Of a DNA stretch of 64,000 nucleotides, positions 10,555 to 20,821 are shown piece by piece. The translations under genes were made by a program, and so were the position numbers. The stretch lies in NCBI GenBank assembly GCA_964291655.2, contig OZ219802.1:544001-608000 (forward strand). The letters are read 5' to 3'. This stretch comes from Chloroflexota bacterium. Lineage in GTDB: Bacteria > Chloroflexota > UBA11872 > VXOZ01. Within the stretch, counting starts at the first letter, position 1; every line of letters begins with the position of its first letter. A model generated the notes under the pieces. That model had not been told where the DNA came from. It made no database searches and saw nothing but the letters and a program-made list of their open reading frames with translations.

Positions 10555-11160
10555 ATGGCATTTACTGTGAAGGGCCTCAAATTCGGCAAAGACGCCCTTG
10601 AAGGCATATCGGAAAAGACACTAACCGTCCACCACGATACGCTTTATGCGGGTTATGTAAACAAACGCAACGAGATCGAAGATGGTCTTAAGAACGTCGA
10701 CCGATCCACGGCAAACCAGGCCTACAGCGCCTACCGCGCGCTTAAGCTGGAAGAGACCTTCGCCGCAGACGGCCAAATTCTACACGAACTTTATTTCGAT
10801 ACGCTGGGCGGTAATGGTGAAGCCGGCGGCGATCTGGCGGACAAGATTGCCGAGGACTTCGGCTCCTGGGATGCTTTCATCGAGGACGCCCGTGCTTGTG
10901 CCATGGCCGCGCGCGGCTGGATGGTAACCGCACTCGATCCCACGGACGGCAAGATCCACAACTTCCTGTGCGACGTGCACAACCAGGGCGGCGTTTGGGG
11001 CACAGTCCCATTGTGGACGATTGATACGTATGAGCACGCCTACTTCATGGACTACGGCAGCGATCGCCCGTCCTACATCACGGCACTCCTCAAGAATGTT
11101 GACTGGGACGCCGTAAACGAGCGGTACCAGGCAGCCAAGGCATCGCTGGCAGCCAGGTAG
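10555..11160 (+). CDS. Fe/Mn superoxide dismutase family protein
   Basis: VHHDTLYAGYV, LHELYF and DTYEHAY ligand motifs; RBS GGGGAG. Confidence 0.9.
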   Translation: MAFTVKGLKFGKDALEGISEKTLTVHHDTLYAGYVNKRNEIEDGLKNVDRSTANQAYSAYRALKLEETFAADGQILHELYFDTLGGNGEAGGDLADKIAEDFGSWDAFIEDARACAMAARGWMVTALDPTDGKIHNFLCDVHNQGGVWGTVPLWTIDTYEHAYFMDYGSDRPSYITALLKNVDWDAVNERYQAAKASLAAR

Positions 11161-11214
11161 GGGATACTCGCGGCAACCGGCCGCGAAGCAATATTGCTTA
11201 CAACTGGGAAAGAG

Positions 11215-11250
11215 AGAGGCGCAGGGAACGATCCTGCGCCTCTTCACTTT
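11215..11250 (+). terminator. Intrinsic terminator after the SOD gene
   Basis: AGAGGCGCAGG / CCTGCGCCTCT stem followed by TCACTTT. Confidence 0.65.
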
Positions 11251-11486
11251 ATGCTCGAAAAGAGTCCCAACATCCACGCGTCCGAATTGGGTCCTCTGTC
11301 TCAAACTGTTGTTTCAACCCCATCCCACCATGTGGCGGGCATCACTACCCCCGGCGCGTGGCGCCATCATGGTTTTACCCACGGCATCTTGCCTCCCATG
11401 CCAGCCTAACGTAGCAGTCAAGCTGCACGGCTGCTACAATGACACGGACATCACAGGGGCCAGATTGACGAGGAGAAGCTGTAGCC

Positions 11487-12278
11487 GTGAGTATCGCAGC
11501 AGAGATCAAGGGTACGTGCGTGCCGCAGCATACTATTGCCATGTGGAGCCTCGGGCAAGCCGGGTGTGTTTTCAAGTCAAGCCAGGGCACGATTGTGTAC
11601 GTAGATCCCTACCTTGGCGACGCTTGCAATCAGCTCTACGGTTTGGAACGCCTCATCGCGCCCCCGGTCGAGGCGGCAGACGTGCAGGCAGACTTTGTCC
11701 TCGCCACACACAATCACGCCGACCACCTTGACCCTGACGCCTTTCCCGTTATCGCGCGTTACAATGCGACGGCACTGCTCATCGGCCCATCGTCGTGCAC
11801 CAACGCCATGCGCGAACTTGGCATCCCCTCCAGCCAGACGTATACGCTCAATCACGACGACGCGCTCCATAGCGGCCACGTCCGCATTCACGCCACGTTT
11901 GCAAACCACGTCTGGGATGATCCTGATGACGCGCCAGATGCCGTGGGATATGTGATCGATTTTGGTGGCCTGCGGGTGTACATCAGCGGCGATACCCTCT
12001 ACCACGAACGGATGGAAGGCATTGCCAGCCTGCAACCAAACCTTGCCTTTATTTGCATCAATGGGCGCTGGGGGAACATGTCGGCGGCGGAGGCCGCCCA
12101 CCTTGCAACCGTGCTGCGCGCCCAGACCGCCGTACCCACGCACTACAACATGTTTGCGAACAACATGGCAGATCCTGCCGACTTTGCCGACGCGCTCAAA
12201 GCAGAGGGAGGGAGCGTGCAACCGCTCGTCCTCTCACCAGGGGAGTGTGTGCTCTATCCAGAAAGGGATGCCTCGTGA
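11487..12278 (+). CDS. Metallo-beta-lactamase-fold hydrolase (UlaG-like)
   Basis: LGQAG, VDPYL, THNHADHLD, YISGDT and PTHY motifs. Confidence 0.88.
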   Translation: MSIAAEIKGTCVPQHTIAMWSLGQAGCVFKSSQGTIVYVDPYLGDACNQLYGLERLIAPPVEAADVQADFVLATHNHADHLDPDAFPVIARYNATALLIGPSSCTNAMRELGIPSSQTYTLNHDDALHSGHVRIHATFANHVWDDPDDAPDAVGYVIDFGGLRVYISGDTLYHERMEGIASLQPNLAFICINGRWGNMSAAEAAHLATVLRAQTAVPTHYNMFANNMADPADFADALKAEGGSVQPLVLSPGECVLYPERDAS

Positions 12279-13558
12279 GCCAGAAGAGAGTTCTCAAAGC
12301 CGATAGGGCCTTTACCGCCACCGGCGCCGACCCCATCGCGCAAGCGGCAGTGGTCCTTACCGACGACCGCATCGCATTCGTGGGGCCGGCTGCTGAACTT
12401 AACCAGAGCCACCTGGAAGGCGCGATTGTCGAGGATTTCCCCGGCCATACATTGATGCCCGGGTTGCTCGACGGGCACACGCACTTGAGCTTTACCGCAG
12501 GCCGCCACCACGAGGAAGTCGTTGACGAGATTAGCCGCGAGACCGACATGCAGCAAGTGCTACGCACCGCGGCAAATGCCCAGAAGTGCTTGCGAGCGGG
12601 ATTGACGACCGTGCGCGATCTTGGCGGCCGCCGCGACGTGGTGCCCACGGTGCGCGACGCCATCAACCGCGGCAGGATTGTCGGCCCGCGCATTCTCTCC
12701 TGCAACGTCCCCATTACGGTTACCGGCGGACACATTCACTTTGTCGGCTGGGAAGCCAATGAGGAGTGGGAACTGCGCAAGGCCGTGCGTACGCTCATCA
12801 AAGAAGGCGCCGATGTCATTAAGATTTGCGCCAGCGGCGGCAACATGACTGCCGAGTCCAACCCCCTCATGGTCCAATACAGCGCCCAGCAATTGCGCGT
12901 TGTGGTGGAGGAGGCCCACAAACTTGGTACACCGGTGGCGGCACACGCCATTCCCGCTGATAGCATCCGCAACTGCATCGAGGCCGGTATCGATAGCATC
13001 GAACATTGTGTCTGGCTTGGCGCCGATGGCGGCTACGATTACGATGCGACAGCCATGGCAACGGCAGTAGCAAAGGACCTTACCGTTTCCATTACACTCG
13101 CCGGCGTCTTTCGGGGTTACCTTGCCGACATGCCGCTTAGTGATGAAATGCGCGCGGCCATGAACATACAGGGCCCGCTGGAAGATGAACGCGTAGAGCA
13201 GTTTCGCAAGATCTGGCAATCAGGTGTGAACCTCATCATCTCTAGTGACGCGGGGGTACGGTATACGCCATTCGACGACTACCACATCTCGCTGCGTTGC
13301 GCCGTCGAGTTGATCGGCATTCCCGCGAAAGAAGTGCTCCTCATGGCCACCCGCAATCCCGCCAAGGGTCTGGGAGTTCTTGACGAACGAGGCACCCTGG
13401 AGGCAGGAAAAGTTGCCGATGTCATCGCGGTGGATGGGGATCCACTCGCAGACATCAAAGCTATGGCCAACGTGAAGCTAACTATCGTGGGCGGCAAGGT
13501 CGTATTCCGCGAGGACATGATCGAGGCGCCCCGCACAATCGAATTGGGAGTCAGTTAA
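12275..13558 (+). CDS. Metal-dependent amidohydrolase family protein
   Basis: PGLLDGHTH, IKICASGG, VAAHA, IEH, SSDAG and GTLEAGKVAD motifs; GTG start overlaps the MBL gene stop. Confidence 0.88.
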   Translation: MSQKRVLKADRAFTATGADPIAQAAVVLTDDRIAFVGPAAELNQSHLEGAIVEDFPGHTLMPGLLDGHTHLSFTAGRHHEEVVDEISRETDMQQVLRTAANAQKCLRAGLTTVRDLGGRRDVVPTVRDAINRGRIVGPRILSCNVPITVTGGHIHFVGWEANEEWELRKAVRTLIKEGADVIKICASGGNMTAESNPLMVQYSAQQLRVVVEEAHKLGTPVAAHAIPADSIRNCIEAGIDSIEHCVWLGADGGYDYDATAMATAVAKDLTVSITLAGVFRGYLADMPLSDEMRAAMNIQGPLEDERVEQFRKIWQSGVNLIISSDAGVRYTPFDDYHISLRCAVELIGIPAKEVLLMATRNPAKGLGVLDERGTLEAGKVADVIAVDGDPLADIKAMANVKLTIVGGKVVFREDMIEAPRTIELGVS

Positions 13559-13823
13559 GGATACAGAGAGTGGTGGGCCCGGTTTAACAGGGCCCCGCCC
13601 GTGTTCCTTCTCCCTGAGGAGACCTTTGCATCACCCTTGCCGAGGCGTGAAAGTCCCCTCTCCCGGTGGGAGAAGGTTAGAGCCTGCCTCGTACGTGATA
13701 CGGGGGTGAGGGTGAAATACCCGCAATCCGGGAGCCTTTATGATGAATTTGCACACTTTTATATAGGATTTGCAGGTAATGAGGACGGGGTAAGCAGAAA
13801 TCCCCTCACCCCGGACCTCTCCC

Positions 13824-15088
13824 TGTATAGACCGGGTACATGGGTTACACATGTTCGGGCACATAGGTTACACCTTAAGGCATGGAGATTCTTACAGATG
13901 GAGGAGCGCCATGCCTTGGAAGGAGAGTACGGTTGTGTCTGAACGCAAGGAGTTCATTGCACTGGCACTGATGGAAGGGGCCAACATCAGCGAGCTGTGT
14001 CGCCGTCTGGAGATCAGTCGCAAGACGGCGTACAAGACGCTGGAGCGGTATGCGAAAGCTGGCGAAGACGGTTTGCACGACCGGTCGCGGCGGCCGCACA
14101 CGTGTCCGCACCGCACGCGCCCGGCGCTGGAGGAGCGCATCATCGCCTTGCGCCTGGCGCATCCGAAGAAAGGCGCACACGTGCTGCGCCGGATGCTGCA
14201 GGACCAGGGGGTCACCGACGTGCCGGCCAAGAGCACCATCAATGCCATTCTCAAACGCCATGGGCTCATCGATCCAGCCCAGAGCGCCAAGCACACGCCC
14301 CATGTGCGCTTCGAACGACCCCAGCCCAACGAGCTGTGGCAGATGGACTTCAAGGGACATTTCGTCATGCAGCAGAACCGCTGTCATCCTCTCACCCTCC
14401 TAGACGATCACTCCCGCTTCAACCTCGGGTTACAGGCCTGTGCCAACGAGCGGGGAGAGACGGTCCAAGACCGCCTCACCGCTGTCTTTCGCCGCTACGG
14501 CTTGCCCCAGGCCATGCTCATGGACAACGGCTCTCCCTGGGGTAACGACAGTGCCCAGCCCTTCACGCCCCTCACCGTCTGGCTCATGCAGCTGGGCATC
14601 AACGTCCTGCACAGCCGACCCTACCATCCCCAGACACTCGGCAAGCTGGAACGCTTCCACCGCTCCCTCAAGAGCGAACTGCTGGCAGGGACCACCTTTA
14701 CCGACCTGGACCATTGCCAGCGCGCCTTTGACACCTGGCGCCACTTCTACAACTTGGAACGCCCACACCATGCCCTCGATCTCGACACTCCCATTACCAG
14801 ATACACGCCTAGTCCTCGCCCTTTCCCAGAGACCTTGCCTGCCCTCGCCTACGCTCCCGACGACCGCGTACGCAGCGTCGATGTCTCCGGCCGCATCTCC
14901 TTCCAAGGCAGACGGCTCCGTGTGGGCAGGGCCTTCACGCACAAGCAAGTCGCCCTGCGACCCACCCGAACGGACGGTGTCTGGGACGTGTACTTCTCGA
15001 TCCAAAGAGTAAAAACCATAGACCTCAGAGCACAAAATGTGTAACCTATCTACCCGAACATCTGTTACCTATGTCCCCGGTCTGTACA
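13824..15088 (+). mobile_element. IS481-family insertion sequence
   Basis: TGT...ACA ends; inverted repeats TGTATAGACCGGGTACATGGGTTACA / TGTACAGACCGGGGACATAGGTAACA; subterminal repeated ACATRGGTTACAC sites; 5-bp direct repeat CTCCC (13819-13823, 15089-15093). Confidence 0.92.
13911..15044 (+). CDS. IS481-family DDE transposase
   Basis: MPWKE start, HTH, WQMDFKG, MDNGSPW, PQTLGKLERFH and YNLERPH (rve core). Confidence 0.95.
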   Translation: MPWKESTVVSERKEFIALALMEGANISELCRRLEISRKTAYKTLERYAKAGEDGLHDRSRRPHTCPHRTRPALEERIIALRLAHPKKGAHVLRRMLQDQGVTDVPAKSTINAILKRHGLIDPAQSAKHTPHVRFERPQPNELWQMDFKGHFVMQQNRCHPLTLLDDHSRFNLGLQACANERGETVQDRLTAVFRRYGLPQAMLMDNGSPWGNDSAQPFTPLTVWLMQLGINVLHSRPYHPQTLGKLERFHRSLKSELLAGTTFTDLDHCQRAFDTWRHFYNLERPHHALDLDTPITRYTPSPRPFPETLPALAYAPDDRVRSVDVSGRISFQGRRLRVGRAFTHKQVALRPTRTDGVWDVYFSIQRVKTIDLRAQNV

Positions 15089-15211
15089 CTCCCCAGGGAG
15101 AGGGAGTAGTTCTTGCGCCTCCGGCCGAAGTTACGCAGAGGACTTCTGAAGGCAAGGGCTAGGGTGAGAGTGAAACATCAGGGCAGAATTGTGGTGAAAG
15201 GTTACTGAAGC

Positions 15212-16603
15212 ATGGCGGCGCAGTTGCTATCTGATATTCGCATCCGGGAAGTTCAAACGTATTTCACCGACGAGGTCGCGCGCACGCCGCTCAAGTTCGG
15301 CGGTGTCACCATGGAGGGAGCCACCCACGTACGGGTGCGTATTTCCGTGGAGAATCGCGCCGGACAGGTGGCGGAAGGTTGGGGCAGCATGTTCCTCGCC
15401 ATTGGCTGGGCCTGGCCGACTGACGCCGTTGACGCGCTGGCCCGCGACGCCGCGATGCGACAGGTGGTGGAACGTTATGCCAAAGCCCTGGAAAGCCACA
15501 CGAGTTACGCCCACCCCATCGACATTGCGCTCAAGACCGAGCCCACCCTCCTTAGCAACGCCACCGAGACCAGCCGCGCCATGCAGCTAGCGGAGCCGAT
15601 GCCGGTCTTGGCCTCGCTTGTGTGCGGCTCGCCCTTTGACGGCGCGCTTCATGACGCATTTGGCAACGTAAACGGCATTTCAAGCTATGACGGCTACTCC
15701 GACGAATTCATGGCGGAAGACCTCAGCGCATACCTCGGTCCGGAATTCAAAGGACAGTTCCTCGACGACTACGTTCGCCGCGCCTATGTTGCCGAGCTTC
15801 CCGTCTTCCACCTCGTCGGCGGCCTCGACAAGCTGTGGGAGCACGAGATCACCCCTGACGATCCTGACGACGGCGAACCGGTCTCGCTCGACCAATGGAT
15901 CGCCCGGGACGGCGTCTACTGCCTGAAGATCAAGCTCTTGGGCAATGACATGGACTGGGACGTGCAGCGCACATTGGACGTCTATGCCATCGGCAAAGAA
16001 GCGCTCGCAAAGCAAGGTAGGGAGGAAATCTATCTCACTGCCGACACGAACGAAATCTGCGATACACCCGACTATATGGTCGAGTACCTCGAGCGGGTGC
16101 GTGAACTATCGCCCGCAGCCTACGATACCCTGCTCTACGTGGAACAGCCCACGCACCGCGACCTGGATAGAGCGCCCTTCCGCATGGACGGTATCGACAA
16201 GCTCAAGCCCGTCATTATGGACGAGAGCCTCTACAATCACCGCCAGTACGAACGCGCCAAGGAGCTTGGGTGGTCCGGCATCGCCCTGAAAGTCTGCAAG
16301 GGACACTCGCACAGCCTGCTCTTTACGGCGCTGGCAACCCACGACGGCCTGCCGTACACCGTGCAGGACCTCACCAATCCTGACCTATCGCTCATTCACT
16401 CGGTGAGTTTTGCCGCGCGCATCGATCCGATGAAGGGCGTGGAATGCAACTCTCGCCAGTTCTTCCCCGCCTCGAATGGGGCGGTCGCTGCCGTCCACCC
16501 TCGCATCGCCAACGTACGCAACGGCGTGGCGCATACGGGAACACTAACCGGTACCGGACTTGGCTATCAAGTGGAACGCATTCTCGCTCAGACTGCCCCA
16601 TAG
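15212..16603 (+). CDS. Enolase-superfamily (mandelate racemase/muconate lactonizing-like) enzyme
   Basis: KIK motif and metal-ligand segments ADTNE, EQP and DES. Confidence 0.8.
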   Translation: MAAQLLSDIRIREVQTYFTDEVARTPLKFGGVTMEGATHVRVRISVENRAGQVAEGWGSMFLAIGWAWPTDAVDALARDAAMRQVVERYAKALESHTSYAHPIDIALKTEPTLLSNATETSRAMQLAEPMPVLASLVCGSPFDGALHDAFGNVNGISSYDGYSDEFMAEDLSAYLGPEFKGQFLDDYVRRAYVAELPVFHLVGGLDKLWEHEITPDDPDDGEPVSLDQWIARDGVYCLKIKLLGNDMDWDVQRTLDVYAIGKEALAKQGREEIYLTADTNEICDTPDYMVEYLERVRELSPAAYDTLLYVEQPTHRDLDRAPFRMDGIDKLKPVIMDESLYNHRQYERAKELGWSGIALKVCKGHSHSLLFTALATHDGLPYTVQDLTNPDLSLIHSVSFAARIDPMKGVECNSRQFFPASNGAVAAVHPRIANVRNGVAHTGTLTGTGLGYQVERILAQTAP

Positions 16604-16651
16604 CAGCAGCGCGATTGAATTTGCCGCGCGCTTTGGGCGGGCCATCGTCAC

Positions 16652-17407
16652 TTAGAGCGAATCTCCGCCGTCGACGTCCAAGCACTGGCCGGTGACCCAC
16701 GCCGCTTCGTCTGAGGCCAAGTACACTGCTGAATGCGCTACGTCGGCCGGATGGCCGTCGCGGTCAAGCGCTGCCGGCGGCAAGCCGGCGTCTTCCGGGC
16801 CCCGCGAGTCGCCAATAGCGCCGGGGCAAATACAATTCACGCGGATACCGTTTTCGCGGTACTCCCGCGCCAAGGTGCGGGTCAGACCGACCAGCGCCTC
16901 TTTACCCGCCGCATACCCCACGTTAGCCTCCCGGCGCGTGCGTGAAGCCGCCGCGACAAGGAGGATAGATCCGCTGCCTTGTTCCATCATCGCGGGCAAC
17001 ACTGCATGAGCACAATAGTAGGCGGTATCTACATTTATGTTTAGCAAGTATCGCCACTCCTTCGGTGCCGTTTCGTGCAGCCTCTGGCCGCCGTAGGCGT
17101 AGTCGCCGAGATTGTCGAAGAGCACGTCGATACGCCCCCAACGATCAAGAGCGGCTTGGGCCATTGCCGCAGCGCCCGCAGGCGTTGCCAGGTCACCTGT
17201 AGCTACGGCAGCCTCACCACCACGCCCCTCGATCTCCCTTTTCAGCACTTCCAGCGGCTCTGCGCGCCGTGCGACCAGCAGGACTCTTGCGCCCTCGCGG
17301 GCAAAGCGCAGCGGAGTCGCGCTCCCCATGCCGCCCCCGGCCCCGGCAATCACCGCCACCTTGCCCGCCAGGCGGCCTCGGTCACCATTACCGCTTTCGT
17401 TGCTCAT
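16652..17407 (-). CDS. Short-chain dehydrogenase/reductase
   Basis: AGAGGGMG Rossmann motif, YAAGK catalytic motif, RVNCICPG, WVTGQ. Confidence 0.92.
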   Translation of the reverse strand: MSNESGNGDRGRLAGKVAVIAGAGGGMGSATPLRFAREGARVLLVARRAEPLEVLKREIEGRGGEAAVATGDLATPAGAAAMAQAALDRWGRIDVLFDNLGDYAYGGQRLHETAPKEWRYLLNINVDTAYYCAHAVLPAMMEQGSGSILLVAAASRTRREANVGYAAGKEALVGLTRTLAREYRENGIRVNCICPGAIGDSRGPEDAGLPPAALDRDGHPADVAHSAVYLASDEAAWVTGQCLDVDGGDSL

Positions 17408-17410
17408 TCC

Positions 17411-19408
17411 TTATCCCTCCGCCTTGTGGTAGGTATGCGTCATCGCCGCCTCGGATTCAGCCACCCCAGAGAGCACGTCCACGTGGCGCTGGAGGCGCAT
17501 GCGTTCCTTGAGTGGAGCGTCCGGGTCGGCAAGCGCCTGGTAGACCACAGCGCCTTCGCAGGCGGCGGGCACAGGCAACTCCATGAGATAACAGACCGTA
17601 GGCACAAGGTCTTTCAGGCTGACGTTGCGCTCCAGCACGTGCCCTCTCTTTACACCCGGCCCGGAGAGCGCGAAGAGACCGCGCATATCGCCCATACCAT
17701 CGGTAGCGGATGGAAACTGCGGTCCGTGTTGGGAGCCGTATTCATCGGCGTAGCAGAACACCACGTCACCGGTAGAGTCGCCGTAGAGATCCAGCATGCG
17801 GGCGTTCTGTTTCTTGAATGCAAAGCCAATGGGCTTTAGCCCGGTCTTCGGGTCGGTATAGTCGTACAAGGCCTTGATGACCTCATTCTGCACGTCAACG
17901 TAGTCTTCCGGCTCGACGATGCCATCAGGGTCACGCCCCTTCAAGTTGACCCAGACGTACGATGATCCGCTGGCGGCCGCCCGAGTCTTGGACCAGTCCA
18001 CCTGCTTGCGTCCCGTATACATGGCAAAGTGCGCCACGGCATCGGGATCTTCCTCTTCAGCGAGCACGGTGAGTCCCGCGTCAATCAGGATCTGGCCGGG
18101 GTTGCACTTGTATCCATTCGCCTTCGCGCCGTGATCCGAGACGTAGGCGTAGAGCGTCCTCCGGGGCGCGGCGTCCGCTATGTCTGCAAAGGCCAGGTCC
18201 AGGCTCTCGTACATGCGAGCCTCAACTTCCTGCCAGTGTCTAAGGTTTGCAGGGTTGCGGTTGAGCGCCGGATCGACCTCGCTGGCAAAGAGATGATAAA
18301 AGTAGTCAGGCGTATGGATGTGAATGAAGAAGAGGTCCCAGGGCTTGTCATTCATCAGGTGCCTTGCAGCATCGGCAAACCACTGGTGGTGCATGTCGCA
18401 CAGCTCGATAAACGTATCGGCGTCGAACCAGCCCATACGGAACGTGCGCAACCCCAGGTACGGCGCAGGCAGCCCGCGGCATTGCCCATTCTCGAAGATC
18501 TCGCGGTCTAAGCCCTGCGGAAAGGTCCAGCCGTCGATTTGGCAGAGCGGCGTAACGAAGAGCGTTACCGTCTCGCCGTCTGCCGACAACTCAAGCAGCT
18601 TGATGCGGAAGATCGCCTCGGTCTTCCCCAACTCTTCGCTCGTGAATTCGCGAACGATGTAGTCCGACCACTCGCCTACCTTCAGCGAACACATGGCGGT
18701 TGCGCGGTCGCGGTCCTCGCAAATGTGCACCGTCGTATAGTCGCCCTGTGCATCCGGTTCCAAGAGCGCATGCCACGTAAGCGGTTCCATCGTGTACTTG
18801 GGGTACCGGAAGCGCCACTGTAACTCAGCCTCCAAGTATTCAACATCTGCCTCGTGCCCCTGCCAGCCTTCCGCAATTTCCACCTCCACCAGTGTGCCTT
18901 CCACATGGTCTTCGGTAGAGAAAAGGGCATCGCCGGAGAAGGTGTACGCGTGGTGAAACGTAGGATGATCGTGCCATTCGTTGACCGAGAGGCCGTACCC
19001 GGCGATCTGCCAACCGTCTTGCATACGCGCCGGCCAGGTAGAAGGCCAGTTTATGACGATAGACCGTTTTCCCACCTTCTCGGCTGCTTCCCACAGGTAC
19101 TCGGCTGTGTGCCACCGCGAGTCGAATGCCGCGTGGGTTGTACCAATCGGCTCCCCTTTCCAGTGGACGTTAAAATCGGTGAAGCCGGTGCGCCCAGCCG
19201 AAGCGCCGGTTGCTATGGTCGTCCAGTTTGGCGGCGTTATCGTGGGATACGGCACCAAGCAGTTATCCGCCCATGTGCCGCCTGCGACGAGCTTTTGCAT
19301 GAGCGGCATGCGGCCCGCCTGCATGAGGCGCTGCAAGGTAGGCAAAATTGGGCCGTCGATTCCAAAGACAACCAGTTTATCAGGGGGACGAAACGCCATG
19401 AGACTCAC
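17411..19408 (-). CDS. Alkaline-phosphatase-superfamily (nucleotide pyrophosphatase/phosphodiesterase-like) protein
   Basis: FGIDG, PTITPPNWTTIATG, PDYFYH, SDHG and DLVPT motifs. Confidence 0.85.
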   Translation of the reverse strand: MSLMAFRPPDKLVVFGIDGPILPTLQRLMQAGRMPLMQKLVAGGTWADNCLVPYPTITPPNWTTIATGASAGRTGFTDFNVHWKGEPIGTTHAAFDSRWHTAEYLWEAAEKVGKRSIVINWPSTWPARMQDGWQIAGYGLSVNEWHDHPTFHHAYTFSGDALFSTEDHVEGTLVEVEIAEGWQGHEADVEYLEAELQWRFRYPKYTMEPLTWHALLEPDAQGDYTTVHICEDRDRATAMCSLKVGEWSDYIVREFTSEELGKTEAIFRIKLLELSADGETVTLFVTPLCQIDGWTFPQGLDREIFENGQCRGLPAPYLGLRTFRMGWFDADTFIELCDMHHQWFADAARHLMNDKPWDLFFIHIHTPDYFYHLFASEVDPALNRNPANLRHWQEVEARMYESLDLAFADIADAAPRRTLYAYVSDHGAKANGYKCNPGQILIDAGLTVLAEEEDPDAVAHFAMYTGRKQVDWSKTRAAASGSSYVWVNLKGRDPDGIVEPEDYVDVQNEVIKALYDYTDPKTGLKPIGFAFKKQNARMLDLYGDSTGDVVFCYADEYGSQHGPQFPSATDGMGDMRGLFALSGPGVKRGHVLERNVSLKDLVPTVCYLMELPVPAACEGAVVYQALADPDAPLKERMRLQRHVDVLSGVAESEAAMTHTYHKAEG

Positions 19409-19680
19409 TCCCTATGGTTGCAAAATCTTGTCTAGCCACATGTTCTTTTCACGTGGGCGCGCACGCTCAGTTCCTGGCTGATGAAAGGGACTGGTCCCGT
19501 CTCTCACTCAAGGGTATAACCAGAACCGCGCCCTGTGCCTAGCAGACGGAACAACGTACGTGAGAGGAGCACGCTCCCACCTGGACGATGCGCTGCCCGC
19601 CGCCCGCCTATGTGGAGGTCCGCTTGCCTGCCCGAGTTGATCCAGCCGCCGAACCCCTGCAAGAACCAAGTAAAGGCCGC

Positions 19681-20538
19681 TCAGTCCGCAGCAGTCGCCA
19701 CGGTACCGGCAGCAGCGGCGTAGTACGGGAGGGCGCTCTCTCCGGCGGCTGCGGCCAGGCCGTTCCAGGCGCGGAAGAGCTGCGCATACATGAGGAAGTA
19801 GTCCTCATGTGTCGGTTCGGTTTTGCCAATCTCTGAGGAAAGGTATCCATCATAGCCGTCGCGCTGGAGCAGCCCAAAGAGTTCAGCATACGGAAAGCCA
19901 TTCACAAAGTCGTGCATGTGCACGTGGCCTATATGATGTGCTACACGGTTGTAGGTAGACGCCACAGAGCCGCCCACGAGGTCGCGGTTGTCGCAGTTAT
20001 AGAGAATCCCCACTTGCGGATGGTCGGCGTGCTCTACTGCGGTCATGGCGAAGTGCCAGAAGTTGAATTGTCCGTGCATCTCCAGCATCACATTGACGCC
20101 GTGCGGTTCTGCAAACTCGCCCAGCTCACGGAGGGAGTCGCCGACATAGCGCATCACGTCTTCGCGCGGCGGCGGCGGGCCTCCATCCACGCCCTCCTTG
20201 GGCATGTCGTTGCCAAAAACCCGAATCTGGCCTGCATCTAGATCGGCCGCGAGCTCGATGTAGCGCTTGCTGCGCTCGACTACTTCCCGCCGCTTCGTAG
20301 CGTCCGGTGTGTCGAAACGCGAACTGGTACTGATACCGGCTACTTCCAGGCACGCATCCTGCACCTGGTAACGTATCGCCTGGCGTTCCTCCGCGCTCGT
20401 TTCCAATTCCACACCGTGTTTATGCCCGGCCTCCGCGCGCAGTTCCAGCCCGCTGAAGCCCCCCAAACGCGCTACCTTGATGAGTTCCGAAAGCTCCCAA
20501 TGACGCGCCATGTTGTAAGTCAAGAGACAAAGTTTCAT
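19681..20538 (-). CDS. Sugar phosphate isomerase/epimerase (xylose-isomerase-like TIM barrel)
   Basis: GFSGLEL, LEMHG, HVHMHD and GYDGYLSSE motifs. Confidence 0.85.
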   Translation of the reverse strand: MKLCLLTYNMARHWELSELIKVARLGGFSGLELRAEAGHKHGVELETSAEERQAIRYQVQDACLEVAGISTSSRFDTPDATKRREVVERSKRYIELAADLDAGQIRVFGNDMPKEGVDGGPPPPREDVMRYVGDSLRELGEFAEPHGVNVMLEMHGQFNFWHFAMTAVEHADHPQVGILYNCDNRDLVGGSVASTYNRVAHHIGHVHMHDFVNGFPYAELFGLLQRDGYDGYLSSEIGKTEPTHEDYFLMYAQLFRAWNGLAAAAGESALPYYAAAAGTVATAAD

Positions 20539-20821
20539 CGGCTTGCTCCAAAGTATGTGTAGAGTTTTCCTTTGGCACGATAGCGCGCCAAGGGTGAGCC
20601 GTCAACATTAGCTATCGATTGACAGGCATGGAATTGAGATTGGAACACCGTTCGTTTCCGCGTTACCACACTCATAGAAGGCGCTGCGCCGACGGTCCCG
20701 TGCTTGCGGCCTCGTCCAGATTAAAGGCTCAAGACCTGGAGAAACCCAGCTAGGCGGTTCTCAATTCCACTAGGGTGAAGTATGATGAAGCTAGATTGAG
20801 AGCGGACCGGAGTGTGCTGCA

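Larger units (their letters stand above)
13618..15146. mobile_element. MITE copy 1 (inverted relative to copies 2 and 3; one end degenerate), interrupted by the IS481-type element
   Basis: Left end GGAGACCTTTGCA, right end CGCAGAGGACTTC, TGA on both flanks; two internal CCCTCACCC..CCTCTCCC..GGGAGAGGG-type palindromes; 259 bp after removing the IS and its duplication. Confidence 0.7.
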
